Assembly: GCA_031416075.1 (NCBI GenBank)
Contig: JANOSY010000091.1
Coordinates: 1-64,000, forward strand
Reading direction: 5' to 3'
Source of the DNA: Candidatus Tenderia sp.
GTDB taxonomy: Bacteria; Pseudomonadota; Gammaproteobacteria; Tenderiales; Tenderiaceae
DNA length: 64,000 bases
Shown here: piece by piece, positions 11,965 to 22,741 of the stretch
Layout: each line of letters begins with the position of its first letter
Numbering within the stretch: the stretch's first letter is position 1
Position numbers and translations under genes: made by a program
The notes under the pieces: generated by a model
What the model was told of the DNA's origin: nothing
Seen by the model: only the letters and a program-made list of their open reading frames with translations
Database searches by the model: none

Positions 11965-13512
11965 ATGTCGCACACAGCTAAACCGATGACTCTGATAATC
12001 CTGGACGGCTGGGGCTATTCGGAAAACCCCGAATCAAACGCCATCTTTCACGCCAACACACCTAACTGGGATCGACTCTGGAACGATTACCCACACACCC
12101 TACTGCACTGTTCCGGCGCGGAAGTGGGGCTCCCCGCCCTGCAGATGGGTAATTCAGAGGTGGGCCACCTTAACCTGGGGGCCGGCCGGGTTGTCTATCA
12201 GGAGTTCACCCGTATCAGCCGCGCCATCAAAACTGGCTCATTCTTCACCAATAAAACGCTCACCGATGTGGTTGACCTGGCGATCAGTACCAACAGGGCC
12301 GTCCATATTATTGGCCTACTCTCTCCTGGCGGCGTCCACAGCCATGAAGAGCACATTCAGGCGATGATCAAACTTGCCGCCGAACGTGGTGCTAAAAAAA
12401 TCTACCTGCACGCCTTCACCGATGGTCGTGATACCGCCCCAAAAAGCGCTGCCAACTCTATCCAGGCCATGGAAGATGAGTTCAAAACACTCGGCTGCGG
12501 ACGTATCGCATCAATCATCGGTCGCTACTTTGCGATGGATCGCGACCACCGCTGGCCTCGCATTCAGGCGGCCTACGAGCTGATTACCCAAGGCATAGGG
12601 CTCCACACTGCCAACAGCGCCCAAGAGGCGCTATCGATGGCTTATGAACGTGGCGAGACCGATGAGTTTGTCAAAGCCACCGCCATCGTTCCCGCTGGCC
12701 AGACACCGGTCACTATCGAAGATGGCGATGTGGTGCTGTTCATGAACTACCGCTCTGACCGTGCCCGCCAGATCACACGCCCCTTCATCGAAGAGAACTT
12801 TGACGGTTTCACACGCACGGCCCGCCCCAAACTGGGCAGCTTTGTCAGCCTGACGGAGTACCATAAAGAGTTCTGTATTCCTGTCGCCTTCCCCCCCGAA
12901 CAGATCAGCAACAGCTTTGGTGAGTATATTGCCAATCTGGGACTGCACCAGTTACGTATCGCCGAAACCGAGAAATATGCCCATGTCACCTTCTTCTTTA
13001 ATGGTGGCGAAGAGACCCCTTTCCCCGGAGAAGACCGTATGCTGATCTCCTCCCCCGATGTTGCGACCTACGACCTGCAACCAGAAATGAGTGCAGCCGA
13101 AGTGACTGACAAATTGATCGCCGCCATCAAAAGTGGCAAATACGATGCCATTATCTGCAACTTCGCCAACCCCGACATGGTGGGGCACACGGGCATATTT
13201 GACGCTGCCGTTACCGCCATCGAGGCGATTGACGCCAATCTCGGGCGAGTGGTCAAGGCCATTATCGAGGCTGGCGGCGAGGCCTTGATCACAGCCGACC
13301 ACGGCAATGCAGAGCAGATGTCCGATCCGGAAAGCGGCCAAGCACACACAGCACATACCAACAATCCCGTGCCACTCATCTACATTGGCCGTCCGGCAAT
13401 ACCCGACGACAATCGTGGCAGCTTGGCCGACGTCGCCCCCACCATGCTCTACCTGATGGGGCTGGACAAGCCGAGCAACATGAGCGGCCACCCCCTGATG
13501 CGTCTGCGCTAA
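11965..13512 (+). CDS. gpmI: 2,3-bisphosphoglycerate-independent phosphoglycerate mutase
   Basis: [46 protein letters not shown]. Confidence 0.97.
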   Translation: MSHTAKPMTLIILDGWGYSENPESNAIFHANTPNWDRLWNDYPHTLLHCSGAEVGLPALQMGNSEVGHLNLGAGRVVYQEFTRISRAIKTGSFFTNKTLTDVVDLAISTNRAVHIIGLLSPGGVHSHEEHIQAMIKLAAERGAKKIYLHAFTDGRDTAPKSAANSIQAMEDEFKTLGCGRIASIIGRYFAMDRDHRWPRIQAAYELITQGIGLHTANSAQEALSMAYERGETDEFVKATAIVPAGQTPVTIEDGDVVLFMNYRSDRARQITRPFIEENFDGFTRTARPKLGSFVSLTEYHKEFCIPVAFPPEQISNSFGEYIANLGLHQLRIAETEKYAHVTFFFNGGEETPFPGEDRMLISSPDVATYDLQPEMSAAEVTDKLIAAIKSGKYDAIICNFANPDMVGHTGIFDAAVTAIEAIDANLGRVVKAIIEAGGEALITADHGNAEQMSDPESGQAHTAHTNNPVPLIYIGRPAIPDDNRGSLADVAPTMLYLMGLDKPSNMSGHPLMRLR

Positions 13513-13530
13513 ATTCAACAAAAACGGCGG

Positions 13531-14760
13531 ATGACCCGACCCCCTCCGCCCGAGCAACCCCCCATTGTGAAACAACCTATAGGCCTCGTCGCGATTATCG
13601 CCACAGTCCTCGGCACGGCTGCAACCATCAACCCAGCCGTTGCCGATGAACAACAACGGCTGCAACAGCTACGTGGTTACATCAATGAACTGCGACAAGG
13701 GATCGGCACCGACAAGCAGCAGCTGACAAAACAACAGCAGCAACTCAAACAGCTTGAAAAAGAGATTGCAGCCGCTAACCGCCGCCTGCGGGAGGCCGAA
13801 GAGCAGCTCAAACAGCAACGCCAAACCCAACAAGCGCTAAAGGCAGAAGCACTCGAGCTGATCCAAAAGCTGGAACGGGAAAAACGCACCCTAAGCCAAC
13901 AGCTGCGCGCCAGCTACACCCCCAGCCAGCAACAGACACTTAAGCTGCTGCTGAACCAGAGCAACCCCGCCGAGGCAGGCCGTACCCTGGCATATTACGG
14001 CTACTTTAGTCGCGCCCAACTACGCACCATCGAGGCAACAAGAACCAGCCTTGAGGAGCTGCAAGAGACCAATGAAAAATTACAGCAGAGCAGCGACCGC
14101 CTCGCCACCCTGAAACGGCAGATGCAGCAGGGGCAAAATACACTGTCGGCACGCCAATCGGAGCAAAAGACCCTACTCGCCAAACTGGACACCCGCATAC
14201 AGGGCAACGAAAAAAACCTCTCCACCATGCTGGCCGATGAACAGGCTCTGACAAAACTCCTGCGTGATCTGGAGACCAAACGCCGCGCACAAGAGGCCAA
14301 AGAGGCACGGGAGGCAAAAGAGCGGGAGAAAAACAACAAACCCACCCAGCCCGAAAAAACCGTGCCCGATCCTGGCAAGCTCAAGGGCGGGTTACAGTGG
14401 CCCACCCAAGGGAAGATAAAGAATAGCTTTGGAGAGTCACGCAACCAGGGGCAAATGACTTGGCAAGGCGTTGTCATCAAAGGCAACGAGGGGCAGGAGG
14501 TTCGCGCAATTGCCTCAGGCAAAGTGGTTTTTGCCGACTGGATGCGTGGTTACGGCCTGTTATTGATCATTGACCACGGTAATGGACTCATGAGCCTCTA
14601 CGGCCAAAACCGTAGCCTTCAGAAAAAAACCGGCGACGCTGTAACCAACAATGAGACAATCGCCACACTGGGGACCACAGAAAACAGTGATGACACGGAC
14701 CTTTATTTTGAGATCCGCCATAAAGGCAAACCCGTAGACCCAGAAAAATGGCTACGTTAA
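13531..14760 (+). CDS. envC: Murein hydrolase activator EnvC (coiled coil + degenerate M23)
   Basis: Long coiled coil, C-terminal M23-like domain (GYGLLLIIDHG, LYFEIR). gpmI-envC-ctpA synteny. Confidence 0.85.
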   Translation: MTRPPPPEQPPIVKQPIGLVAIIATVLGTAATINPAVADEQQRLQQLRGYINELRQGIGTDKQQLTKQQQQLKQLEKEIAAANRRLREAEEQLKQQRQTQQALKAEALELIQKLEREKRTLSQQLRASYTPSQQQTLKLLLNQSNPAEAGRTLAYYGYFSRAQLRTIEATRTSLEELQETNEKLQQSSDRLATLKRQMQQGQNTLSARQSEQKTLLAKLDTRIQGNEKNLSTMLADEQALTKLLRDLETKRRAQEAKEAREAKEREKNNKPTQPEKTVPDPGKLKGGLQWPTQGKIKNSFGESRNQGQMTWQGVVIKGNEGQEVRAIASGKVVFADWMRGYGLLLIIDHGNGLMSLYGQNRSLQKKTGDAVTNNETIATLGTTENSDDTDLYFEIRHKGKPVDPEKWLR

Positions 14761-14855
14761 GCGGCACAACAGCTTATCTTTTGCTTGTAAGCCGTCGTTA
14801 ATAGTTAGTATGCTCGTTCACCATAAGCAAACACCGATTTTACACGGAGCGGTAG

Positions 14856-16190
14856 ATGAAACTTTTTTCCTTGCGTAACCTGCTTTTTATCAGTCTGGGC
14901 GTCGTCTTAGGGGTATCCCTAACCATTAACCACAGCGTTCAGGCTGACAAACAGGCCAGCGGTGGCACCCCCTTGCCTCTCGACGAACTACGCACCTTCA
15001 GCGAAGTTTTTGGCAAAATCAAATCTGATTATGTTGAATCCACAGAAGACTCAGCACTACTGGAGCACGCTATCAAAGGCATGCTCTCCGGCCTTGACCC
15101 ACACTCCGCCTACCTCGACACCGAGGCCTATAAAGAGCTACAAGTGGGCACTACCGGCGAATTTGGTGGCCTGGGCATAGAAGTAGGCACTGAGGACGGC
15201 TTTGTAAAAGTCATCTCCCCCATCGATGACACCCCCGCACAACGGGCTGGCATTCAGGCCGGCGACCTGATTATCCGCATTGACGAGACACCTGTAAAAG
15301 GACTTGCCCTTAACGACGCTGTCAAACTGATGCGTGGCAAACCCGGCACCGATATCACATTAACCGTGGTCCGCGAAGGGGGCGACAGGCCCATCAAGCT
15401 CACTATTACCCGCGCAGTGATCAAGGTCAACAGCATCAAGGAGCGCGAGCTTGAGCCGGGCTTTGGCTATGTGCGCATCACCCAGTTTCAGTCCAGCACT
15501 GGCGAAAACATGATCCAGTCCATCAGCAAACTGAAAAAAGAGAACAAAGGCGAACTTAAAGGGCTGATCCTTGACCTGCGTAACAACCCCGGGGGCGTGC
15601 TTAATGCCGCCGTTGCTGTCTCTGATGCATTCCTTGAAGAGGGTTTGATCGTCTACACCGAAGGGCGCATCGAAGATTCGCAGATGAAGTTCAAGGCAAC
15701 ACCCACAGATATACTTAAGGGTGCCCCACTGATTGTGCTGGTCAATGGCGGCTCAGCCTCCGCGTCCGAAATCGTTGCGGGTGCACTGCAAGACCATAAA
15801 CGCGCCATCATTATGGGTGGCAAAACATTTGGCAAAGGGTCTGTACAGACCATCCTGCCAATGCACAACGGTGCCGCCATCAAGCTGACCACCGCCCGCT
15901 ACTTCACCCCATCAGGCCGCTCCATTCAGGCCGAAGGCATTGAGCCGGATATCAAGCTTGAAAATGCCAAACTGACCACGCTTGACCCCTCCGAGTTTGA
16001 GCCGGTCAAAGAGGCCGACCTCTCCGGTCATTTAGAAAACGGCAAAGCTGGAACGAAAAATGACAGCAAGACCAATGACAGCAAGACCAGTAAAGAGGCC
16101 AGCAAAGATAACGAGCCGCTGGCAAGCAAAGACTACCAGCTGTACGAGGCACTCAACCTGCTGAAAGGGCTGCAAATTCTAAAAAAATAG
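14856..16190 (+). CDS. ctpA: S41 carboxyl-terminal processing protease
   Basis: PDZ GLGIEV, DLRNNPGG, SASASEIVAGALQD, TFGKGSVQ. Confidence 0.92.
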   Translation: MKLFSLRNLLFISLGVVLGVSLTINHSVQADKQASGGTPLPLDELRTFSEVFGKIKSDYVESTEDSALLEHAIKGMLSGLDPHSAYLDTEAYKELQVGTTGEFGGLGIEVGTEDGFVKVISPIDDTPAQRAGIQAGDLIIRIDETPVKGLALNDAVKLMRGKPGTDITLTVVREGGDRPIKLTITRAVIKVNSIKERELEPGFGYVRITQFQSSTGENMIQSISKLKKENKGELKGLILDLRNNPGGVLNAAVAVSDAFLEEGLIVYTEGRIEDSQMKFKATPTDILKGAPLIVLVNGGSASASEIVAGALQDHKRAIIMGGKTFGKGSVQTILPMHNGAAIKLTTARYFTPSGRSIQAEGIEPDIKLENAKLTTLDPSEFEPVKEADLSGHLENGKAGTKNDSKTNDSKTSKEASKDNEPLASKDYQLYEALNLLKGLQILKK

Positions 16191-16196
16191 CCGTCA

Positions 16197-17051
16197 TTGG
16201 CTATCCGGGCATTGGCACAACACAACCGCACCCACTCTCCGCTACAGGGGCTGAGTGGGTGCGCTGTACTGCTCTTCTGCTGTTATACCGCTCAGGCACA
16301 AACAGCTGAACCACCGCCACTCATCCCCATCAGCATCATTATTGATGATATGGGCGATCGACAGCAGCATGGCCTGCGCGCACTCCAGCTACCGGGAAAT
16401 ATCACCTACTCCTTCATCCCCCACACCCCCTACAGCCAGTCCCTGGCCACAGCAGCTCATCACTTGAGCAAAGAGGTGATGATTCACATCCCCATGGAGT
16501 CAGAGAGCGGCAAAAAACTTGGTGATGGCGGCCTACGGCTGGCGATGGAAGAACCGGAGTTTAAACAGACCCTCAAAACAGCTATCGGGGCCATCCCCTA
16601 TGCCAGAGGGGTAAATAACCATATGGGTAGCCTGCTCACACGCCAACCAAACCAGATGCAGTGGCTAATGGATATACTCCATGAAAATAACCAGCTCTAC
16701 TTTATCGATAGCCGCACAACTCCCAAAACGGTTGCCTTACAACTGGCACAAAAAAACCACATTCCCTCTCGTCAGCGTGACATCTTTCTCGATAACGACC
16801 CCAGCCCGGCCGCCATCGCCCAGCAGTTTCAGCGTCTAGTGGCGCATGCCAAAAAAACAGGCAGCGCCATTGCCATTGGCCACCCTTACGACACCACTCT
16901 GGGACTGCTGGAACAGCAACTACCACAGCTCAAAACATTAGGACTCAGACTGGTCCCTGTCAGCGAGCTGTTGAACCATCACAAAGGGTTGAAGCAGGCC
17001 CAATCAACCACCAACCGGCCCCACATTACCCATCATCACCTGACTCAATAA
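16197..17051 (+). CDS. Divergent polysaccharide deacetylase (YibQ-like)
   Basis: IIIDDMG, HIPME, NNHMGS, FIDSRT, AIGHP. Confidence 0.85.
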   Translation: MAIRALAQHNRTHSPLQGLSGCAVLLFCCYTAQAQTAEPPPLIPISIIIDDMGDRQQHGLRALQLPGNITYSFIPHTPYSQSLATAAHHLSKEVMIHIPMESESGKKLGDGGLRLAMEEPEFKQTLKTAIGAIPYARGVNNHMGSLLTRQPNQMQWLMDILHENNQLYFIDSRTTPKTVALQLAQKNHIPSRQRDIFLDNDPSPAAIAQQFQRLVAHAKKTGSAIAIGHPYDTTLGLLEQQLPQLKTLGLRLVPVSELLNHHKGLKQAQSTTNRPHITHHHLTQ

Positions 17052-17054
17052 AAG

Positions 17055-17071
17055 TTGGCACGTTGCCTGCA
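17055..17071 (+). promoter_or_regulatory. sigma54 (-24/-12) promoter
   Basis: TTGGCACGTTGCCTGCA: GG 17057-58, 10-nt spacer, GC 17069-70. Confidence 0.75.
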
Positions 17072-17081
17072 TAGTATTCAT

Positions 17082-17162
17082 CAGTACCTGCCATGCAGGT
17101 ACTGTAGTCATCTCTTCCTACCCTTCTTTGATAGGGCATCCGCAAGGTTGCCCTATTTTTTT
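17082..17162 (+). ncRNA. Candidate sigma54-dependent small RNA (~80 nt)
   Basis: Begins 12 nt after the -12 GC. 10-bp hairpin CAGTACCTGC/GCAGGTACTG, CU-rich linker, GCAA-loop terminator, U7 tail. No ORF. Confidence 0.65.
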
Positions 17163-17354
17163 GCCCATAATGCGCCAAAAAATTGTCCACCCCGTCAAAC
17201 AAACGACGCTAATAGACAGTATTTTGACTAAAAATGACCTTGTGTGTCACCGGCCACACACCATCATTGAAGATTTCCAAGAGATCAAACTAGAATAAAC
17301 TACCCACTTACCGAAATACTTAGAGAAGCCACAACGGCTTCAGGATAACTAGAC

Positions 17355-17912
17355 GTGACAACAGCCACCAAGCTATTCACTATCGGTCACAGCAACCGCA
17401 CACTGGCCGAATTTTTTGCCATCTTGCATAACCATGGAGTTGGCCAGCTCATTGATGTTCGCAGCATGCCTCAATCACAGCGCTACCCTGCCTATAACCG
17501 CAACAGCCTCAGTCTCGCCTGCGAAGAGGAGAAGATTGCCTACGGCTGGCTGGGCCATGAGCTTGGTGGACGACGTAGCGAAAAGCCCGGTTCACGCCAC
17601 TGCGCCCTCACTCACAGCAGCTTTCGTGGCTACGCTGACCACATGAGTAACCGACTGTTTGTTGAAGGCATCAACAGACTCACCGCCTTGGCACGCAGTC
17701 AATCTGTTGCCGTTATGTGTGCCGAACGCAATCCATGCCAATGTCACCGCAGCATGATTGCCGACTACCTCAGCCTCCATAACTGGCAGATCACCCACCT
17801 GTTAGCACTGCAACAGAGCGAGCCACACACCCTCAACCCCCTGGCCCGTAACGTCAATAGCTCACCTGTCTACGATCTGCTCAACGAGGAGCAGCTCAAC
17901 CTTCGTTTTTAA
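17355..17912 (+). CDS. DUF488 family protein
   Basis: FTIGHSNR, LIDVRS, LGGRR, MCAE..P..CHRSMIA. Confidence 0.85.
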   Translation: MTTATKLFTIGHSNRTLAEFFAILHNHGVGQLIDVRSMPQSQRYPAYNRNSLSLACEEEKIAYGWLGHELGGRRSEKPGSRHCALTHSSFRGYADHMSNRLFVEGINRLTALARSQSVAVMCAERNPCQCHRSMIADYLSLHNWQITHLLALQQSEPHTLNPLARNVNSSPVYDLLNEEQLNLRF

Positions 17913-18015
17913 CCACTATTGGAAATACCGTAATAATCCATCGGGGGAGGCATTGCTTTACCATCAGAACTCGCTAACATGGCCAGTCCGGTATAGATAA
18001 AACCAAGGATCCGCC

Positions 18016-18579
18016 ATGAAAAAACAGCTCTCGATCACACTCCTGTCCACCCTGTTGCTCAGCTCTGGCAGTGCCTTTGCCCAAGGCCAATGGAACTTCA
18101 TGGCGGGCATGGATGCTAACTACGTGGCGGAGCCGACGCTCTCGCTTGTGGTTGGCAATCTAGACCCAGACATTAATGGTGCCAACAACGATACCGTCAG
18201 TGGCATCGAACTCTCGCTCAACTGCCCGCTGTTGCAACCACCCAGCAACAAAATTCGCCAGCAGATCAGCTATACCCGTTACAGCGACAGTGGCTTAAAG
18301 ATCAACAGTTTTGAGATTAATCCACACTATGTGATTGAATCGGCGTCAGGATTTGGTGTGGGTTTTGGCCCCGGCATTGGTTACGTCAAGGCCGAAACCG
18401 CTAACCAGAGCGAAAGCATGCTCGCCCTCCAGCTTGGTGTCAGCCTGCACTACAAGGCGATGGACAACCTGTTTCTCGGTGCAGAAGCCCGCTATCAGGC
18501 AACCCAGGGGGATAACTTTGCCGGCCAGAAAGGGGCTGACAACTTCCGCGGCACCATCAAGGTTGGCTACAGCTTCTAA
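18016..18579 (+). CDS. Small outer-membrane beta-barrel protein
   Basis: Signal peptide, amphipathic strands, C-terminal KVGYSF. Confidence 0.75.
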   Translation: MKKQLSITLLSTLLLSSGSAFAQGQWNFMAGMDANYVAEPTLSLVVGNLDPDINGANNDTVSGIELSLNCPLLQPPSNKIRQQISYTRYSDSGLKINSFEINPHYVIESASGFGVGFGPGIGYVKAETANQSESMLALQLGVSLHYKAMDNLFLGAEARYQATQGDNFAGQKGADNFRGTIKVGYSF

Positions 18580-18586
18580 CCAATCC

Positions 18587-18619
18587 GGCCCGCCCAACGG
18601 CTGTTGGCGCGGGCTTTTT
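18587..18619 (+). terminator. Intrinsic terminator
   Basis: GCCCGC..CCAAC/GTTGG..GCGGGC stem followed by T5. Confidence 0.6.
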
Positions 18620-18683
18620 ATTGCCAGCATGCGGCCAAACCCTTACTCTAGGGCGTTGTTTTAGCCCCCACGGACAGATACCT

Positions 18684-19232
18684 ATGAGTAATTCACTCTT
18701 TGATCAACTAAAAAAGAGCGGTTTGGTTAATGACAAGCAGGCCCGTCAAACCAAGCAGAGCCAGTACCAGAGCCAGAAGCAGCAGAAGGGCAAGAATAAA
18801 CCCGCGCCCCAGGCTGGCGAGACCAAGCAGCTGGCTCAGCAGACACAGGCAGAAAAACTGGAGCGCGACCGTCAACTCAACCAGCAGCGCAAAGAGGAGT
18901 CCGAGCGCCGGGCGGTAGGGGCCCAGATCAAACAGCTGATTGAGAGCAACCGGGTGACCGATAGTGACGGCGACATCAGCTACCACTTTACCGATGGCAA
19001 GGTGGTCAAACGACTCTACCTCAATGCCAATATCCACAAAGAGCTCAGCCATGGCCGACTGGCCATCGCCAAGCTGAACGACCGTTACGAGCTGGTTCCA
19101 CCTATCGTTGCGGACAAAATCAGAGAGCGCGATGCCAGCCAGGTGATCTATTGCGGCAAAACCGCTGATAACATCCCCCCCGAGGATGACCCTTACGCCG
19201 CCTATAAAGTACCTGACGATCTGATGTGGTAG
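18684..19232 (+). CDS. DUF2058 (YaiL-like) protein
   Basis: SLFDQLKKSGL...; C-terminal DDPYAAYKVPDDLMW. Confidence 0.85.
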   Translation: MSNSLFDQLKKSGLVNDKQARQTKQSQYQSQKQQKGKNKPAPQAGETKQLAQQTQAEKLERDRQLNQQRKEESERRAVGAQIKQLIESNRVTDSDGDISYHFTDGKVVKRLYLNANIHKELSHGRLAIAKLNDRYELVPPIVADKIRERDASQVIYCGKTADNIPPEDDPYAAYKVPDDLMW

Positions 19233-19276
19233 GCTGCCACTATCCACTAACTCTTTTAACTTTTAGAGAACCCCAA

Positions 19277-19597
19277 ATGAAAAAACTACTGATTACCGCC
19301 TTCGTTGCCCTAAGCTTGAGCGCCTGTAGCTGGGTTAAGGTAACCACCGCTGGCCAAGCAGTACGCCTGGTGCAAAGCAAGCAGGATGCCGCCAGCTGCA
19401 AAGAGCTTGGCACCACCACCGCCTCCGTCATGAACAAGTTTTTCATCGAACGGGACCACAACAAGATGGCCCGCGAGCTGGCCGATCTTGCCCGCAATAC
19501 CGCCGCCGAGATGGGTGGTGATACTATTGCCCCCATCAGTGATATCAAAGAAGGCAAACGCACCTTTGGTATCTACAAATGCATCAACCCCAATTAA
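19277..19597 (+). CDS. DUF4156-like lipoprotein
   Basis: LSAC lipobox, CKELG, ARNTAAEMGGDTI, YKC. Confidence 0.75.
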   Translation: MKKLLITAFVALSLSACSWVKVTTAGQAVRLVQSKQDAASCKELGTTTASVMNKFFIERDHNKMARELADLARNTAAEMGGDTIAPISDIKEGKRTFGIYKCINPN

Positions 19598-19635
19598 TAC
19601 TCACTATATAGTTAGCGCTTTTTAAGAGAGAAAAC

Positions 19636-20130
19636 ATGTTGATTGAAGCAAACAAGGTTGTCACCTTTCACTACCGTTTAAGCGAAACAAACCAGGGACA
19701 GATTGAAGATTCGCGGGAAAGCAATCCCATAGTCTACCTGCACGGCCATACCACCATCATCAAGGGGCTGGAAGATGCCCTGGACGGGAAACAGAAAGGT
19801 GATAACTTCACCATCACCCTCACCCCTGAGCAGGCCTATGGCCAGCGCTTGGCTGATGCACAACAGCGCGTCTCCATTAAACATGTTGTAAAAACCGGCA
19901 GTAAAAAAGTCCAGTTCAAGCCTGGCATGGTGGTACAGCTCAACACCTCCGAAGGGCCGCGTGAAGTGGTGGTGCTTAAAGTGGGATTGAAGAGTCTCGA
20001 TGTTGATACCAACCACCCCCTGGCGGGCAAAACCCTGACCTTTGATATTGATATCATCGACCTGCGTGACGCCACCCCGGAAGAGATTGCACACAACCAC
20101 GTGCACGGTGAAGGTGGCCATCACCACTAA
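19636..20130 (+). CDS. slyD: FKBP-type PPIase SlyD
   Basis: VVTFHYRL, GLEDAL, PEQAYG, DTNHPLAGKTL, His-rich tail. Confidence 0.9.
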   Translation: MLIEANKVVTFHYRLSETNQGQIEDSRESNPIVYLHGHTTIIKGLEDALDGKQKGDNFTITLTPEQAYGQRLADAQQRVSIKHVVKTGSKKVQFKPGMVVQLNTSEGPREVVVLKVGLKSLDVDTNHPLAGKTLTFDIDIIDLRDATPEEIAHNHVHGEGGHHH

Positions 20131-20248
20131 CCTCGATCTCAGCCCCCTCTACGCTGCATCAACGTAAAAGGGGGCTGAGCAATAACTGTGCAAAGGATGC
20201 TGTCCCTATCAAACGCACACCGTTCTATGAAGACAGGATCTATTCACC

Positions 20249-20956
20249 ATGCAGCTTCACCACTTTTACCAGCGCACAAACAGCACCGTCAGCTTCAGCC
20301 GCCAACAGGCCAGTGACTTTGCCAAAAATATCGCCGGTGACTTTAACCCCATTCACAACATTGATGCCAAACGTTTTTGCGTGCCCGGCGACCTACTGTT
20401 TGCCGTCGCCCTCGAACACTACGGCCTGAGCCAGCAGATGTGTTTCACCTTTTCCGGCATGGTCACCGACGAGGCCGTCACCCTTACCGATACCAGCAGT
20501 GGCCACATCATCATCAGTGATACCGCCAGCAAACAGTGTCTCACCATCGAGCGCAGTGGTGATACCAGCCACAACCCTACGCTAATCAATGACCTGACCC
20601 GCAGCTACGTTGCCTTCTCCGGCCAGACCTTTCCACACATTCTGATCCCCCTCATGGAAAAAAATGGCGTCATGATCAATCCTGAACGGCCCATGGTCAT
20701 CTACGAGAGCATGAGCATCAACATCGACCGTCTGGACATCAGCGCACCCACACTGGAACTACGCGGCAGCCACCTCGACGTCGACGGCAAGCGGGGCCAC
20801 GCCACACTGGAGTTCAACCTGATCTCCGATGGCACAACCGTCGGCCACTGCACCAAAAACATTCTATTAAGCGGGTTGCGTGAATTTGATGCCGAGCATA
20901 TCAGCGCCTTGGTCGACGAGTATGAGTCCTGGAAGCAAACCTACCTCAACACCTGA
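20249..20956 (+). CDS. DUF3581-like protein (hot-dog-fold-like)
   Basis: FAKNIAGDFNPIH, RFCVPGDLLF, RPMVIYESM. Confidence 0.7.
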   Translation: MQLHHFYQRTNSTVSFSRQQASDFAKNIAGDFNPIHNIDAKRFCVPGDLLFAVALEHYGLSQQMCFTFSGMVTDEAVTLTDTSSGHIIISDTASKQCLTIERSGDTSHNPTLINDLTRSYVAFSGQTFPHILIPLMEKNGVMINPERPMVIYESMSINIDRLDISAPTLELRGSHLDVDGKRGHATLEFNLISDGTTVGHCTKNILLSGLREFDAEHISALVDEYESWKQTYLNT

Positions 20957-20978
20957 TCCCAACAGCCCATATATAGGA

Positions 20979-21368
20979 TCACTGGTTACGCATATGGTCC
21001 GCCACACCACGCAACGACTGTAACAGGTGCTGTGTCAGCAACGCATCCTCCAGCCGCATCTCATCCAGCGCCGCCGTCATGCAGAACATCCAGGCATCCC
21101 GCTCCGCCTCGCCGATCACAAACGGAAGATGGCGGGCGCGCAAAAAGGGGTGGCCATACTCCTGCACATAGAGCGGCGGGCCACCGAGCCAGCCAGAAAG
21201 AAACTTAAACAGCTTGTCACTGGAGCCAGAGAGATCCGCCGGGTGCATCGCACGAATCACCTGCGCCTCCGGCACGGTGGCCATCAACTCATAAAACCGT
21301 ACCACCAACCTACGCACAGCGGCCTCACCCCCGAGGCGCTGGTAAGGTGCCTGTTCCAAATTAACCAC
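20979..21368 (-). CDS. Group II truncated hemoglobin
   Basis: YQRLGGE..V..FY, FLSGWLGGPPLY, GHPFLRARHLPF, HMRN. Start approximate. Confidence 0.85.
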   Translation of the reverse strand: MVNLEQAPYQRLGGEAAVRRLVVRFYELMATVPEAQVIRAMHPADLSGSSDKLFKFLSGWLGGPPLYVQEYGHPFLRARHLPFVIGEAERDAWMFCMTAALDEMRLEDALLTQHLLQSLRGVADHMRNQ

Positions 21369-22152
21369 CAAAGACCCCTTTAAAAAATCGCTGCATATCA
21401 CCCCACGACTCGTGGTCGGCCTGTTTATTGTATTTCAACGGCAGCTTGAACTTGGCACCAAACGCATCTGCCTCAGGATTAGTGAAGCTGTGCTGTGCAC
21501 CGCTGTAAATAATAAATTTATAACGAGCATCAGCGACTTCCATCTCCTTCACAAAATCCCCTACTTGCTCCGTCGTCACAAACGGATCAGCACCACCGTG
21601 GGCCACCAGAACATTCGCCTTTACACCCCCTTTCTGTGCAGGGCTACGGGTACCCAGGCTGCCATGAAAACTCACCACGCCTTCAAGGTCCACCCCCTCA
21701 CGCGCCATCTGCAATACCACCGCACCACCAAAGCAGTAACCCATCGCACCGATGCGGGTATCATCGGTCAGAGGCTCTTTCTTGACCAGCTCCAGCGCCG
21801 CCATAAAGCGGGCCTTACCCAGGTTCATATTGTTAGCGATCTCACTGGAAAAGGTCTGTGCCTCCTCCGGATGGTGCGCCTGTTTACCATTACCATACAT
21901 ATCCACCGCCAGCGCCACATACCCCAGCCCCGCCAACATATCGGCCCGTTTGCGGGCGTAGGCATTGTGGCCCCACCACTCATGCACCACCAGCACCGCC
22001 GGGCGTTTACCCTTAAAACTATCATCGTAAACAACATAACCCTTAAGCGTCGTCGCATCACCCGTGGTGTAATCAATCTCTTTGGTCACCAGCGCGGCGT
22101 GGGCAGCAGAACCCACAAACAGCAGCGTTAAAGCACAAAGTAACTTTTTCAT
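21361..22152 (-). CDS. Secreted dienelactone hydrolase family protein
   Basis: Signal peptide, VVHEWWG, GYCFGG, HGGADPF, HSFTNP. Confidence 0.9.
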   Translation of the reverse strand: MKKLLCALTLLFVGSAAHAALVTKEIDYTTGDATTLKGYVVYDDSFKGKRPAVLVVHEWWGHNAYARKRADMLAGLGYVALAVDMYGNGKQAHHPEEAQTFSSEIANNMNLGKARFMAALELVKKEPLTDDTRIGAMGYCFGGAVVLQMAREGVDLEGVVSFHGSLGTRSPAQKGGVKANVLVAHGGADPFVTTEQVGDFVKEMEVADARYKFIIYSGAQHSFTNPEADAFGAKFKLPLKYNKQADHESWGDMQRFFKGVFGG

Positions 22153-22522
22153 TGTTAATTCTTCCATGGTTAATGGTGATTGAAAGCGACGCAGCGCCGC
22201 ATCAGCCCGCTATAGTAACAGCCCCTAAAGTGCGTTGCCGCATACAGCCAAAGGCCGAGGAGTATTATTTGATTATGTAGCAATAGGGTTTATACCTGCC
22301 GTTTGACACACAGATGGATGCATTCGAGGGAAAACCTGAAATCGACGAGGATTTATCTTGAAAATCGAGGATTGCTGGATAAAGATGCGGCCAGTCAAAT
22401 AACCAGTGGCTTGGAGATGGTTTTGCCACCTCGAAAAATGAAGCATTTTTCATTTCCAGGGGGTTTTACACACCCTCATTAAACAAGTGCACATAGATAT
22501 ATTGTTGAGGATTATTAATGAC

Positions 22523-22741
22523 ATGAGAGAAACATTAAAAAGAAAGATCATCGAGGTCTGTGATAAAAAGATTGGGAGTAAAGGCGAGGATGTTGGCTTG
22601 TCATTTTATGCGTTTTTCGCAAATAAAAACGATGACCCCGAACTCCTCATCGAGGCAGCAACCTGGTGGATTGTGGAAAAAAAGCTAGATCATTTTGAAA
22701 AAGCAAAAAAAATCAGGGCAATGGTTGAGGCGATACTCTAG
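22523..22741 (+). CDS. Small conserved hypothetical protein (DUF6500-like)
   Basis: GAGG upstream; KIIEVCDKKI..VGLSFYAFF..KN..W..KLDHFEKA pattern. Confidence 0.6.
   Translation: MRETLKRKIIEVCDKKIGSKGEDVGLSFYAFFANKNDDPELLIEAATWWIVEKKLDHFEKAKKIRAMVEAIL

Noticed and set aside
12952-13665. Long antisense ORFs (e.g. 12952-13665, 21412-22131, 31468-32280)
   Set aside because: Shadows of well-supported genes on the opposite strand, with no recognisable motifs.
16059-16088. 15-bp tandem duplication (NDSKT x2) in ctpA
   Set aside because: In-frame, in a variable low-complexity linker; unremarkable.
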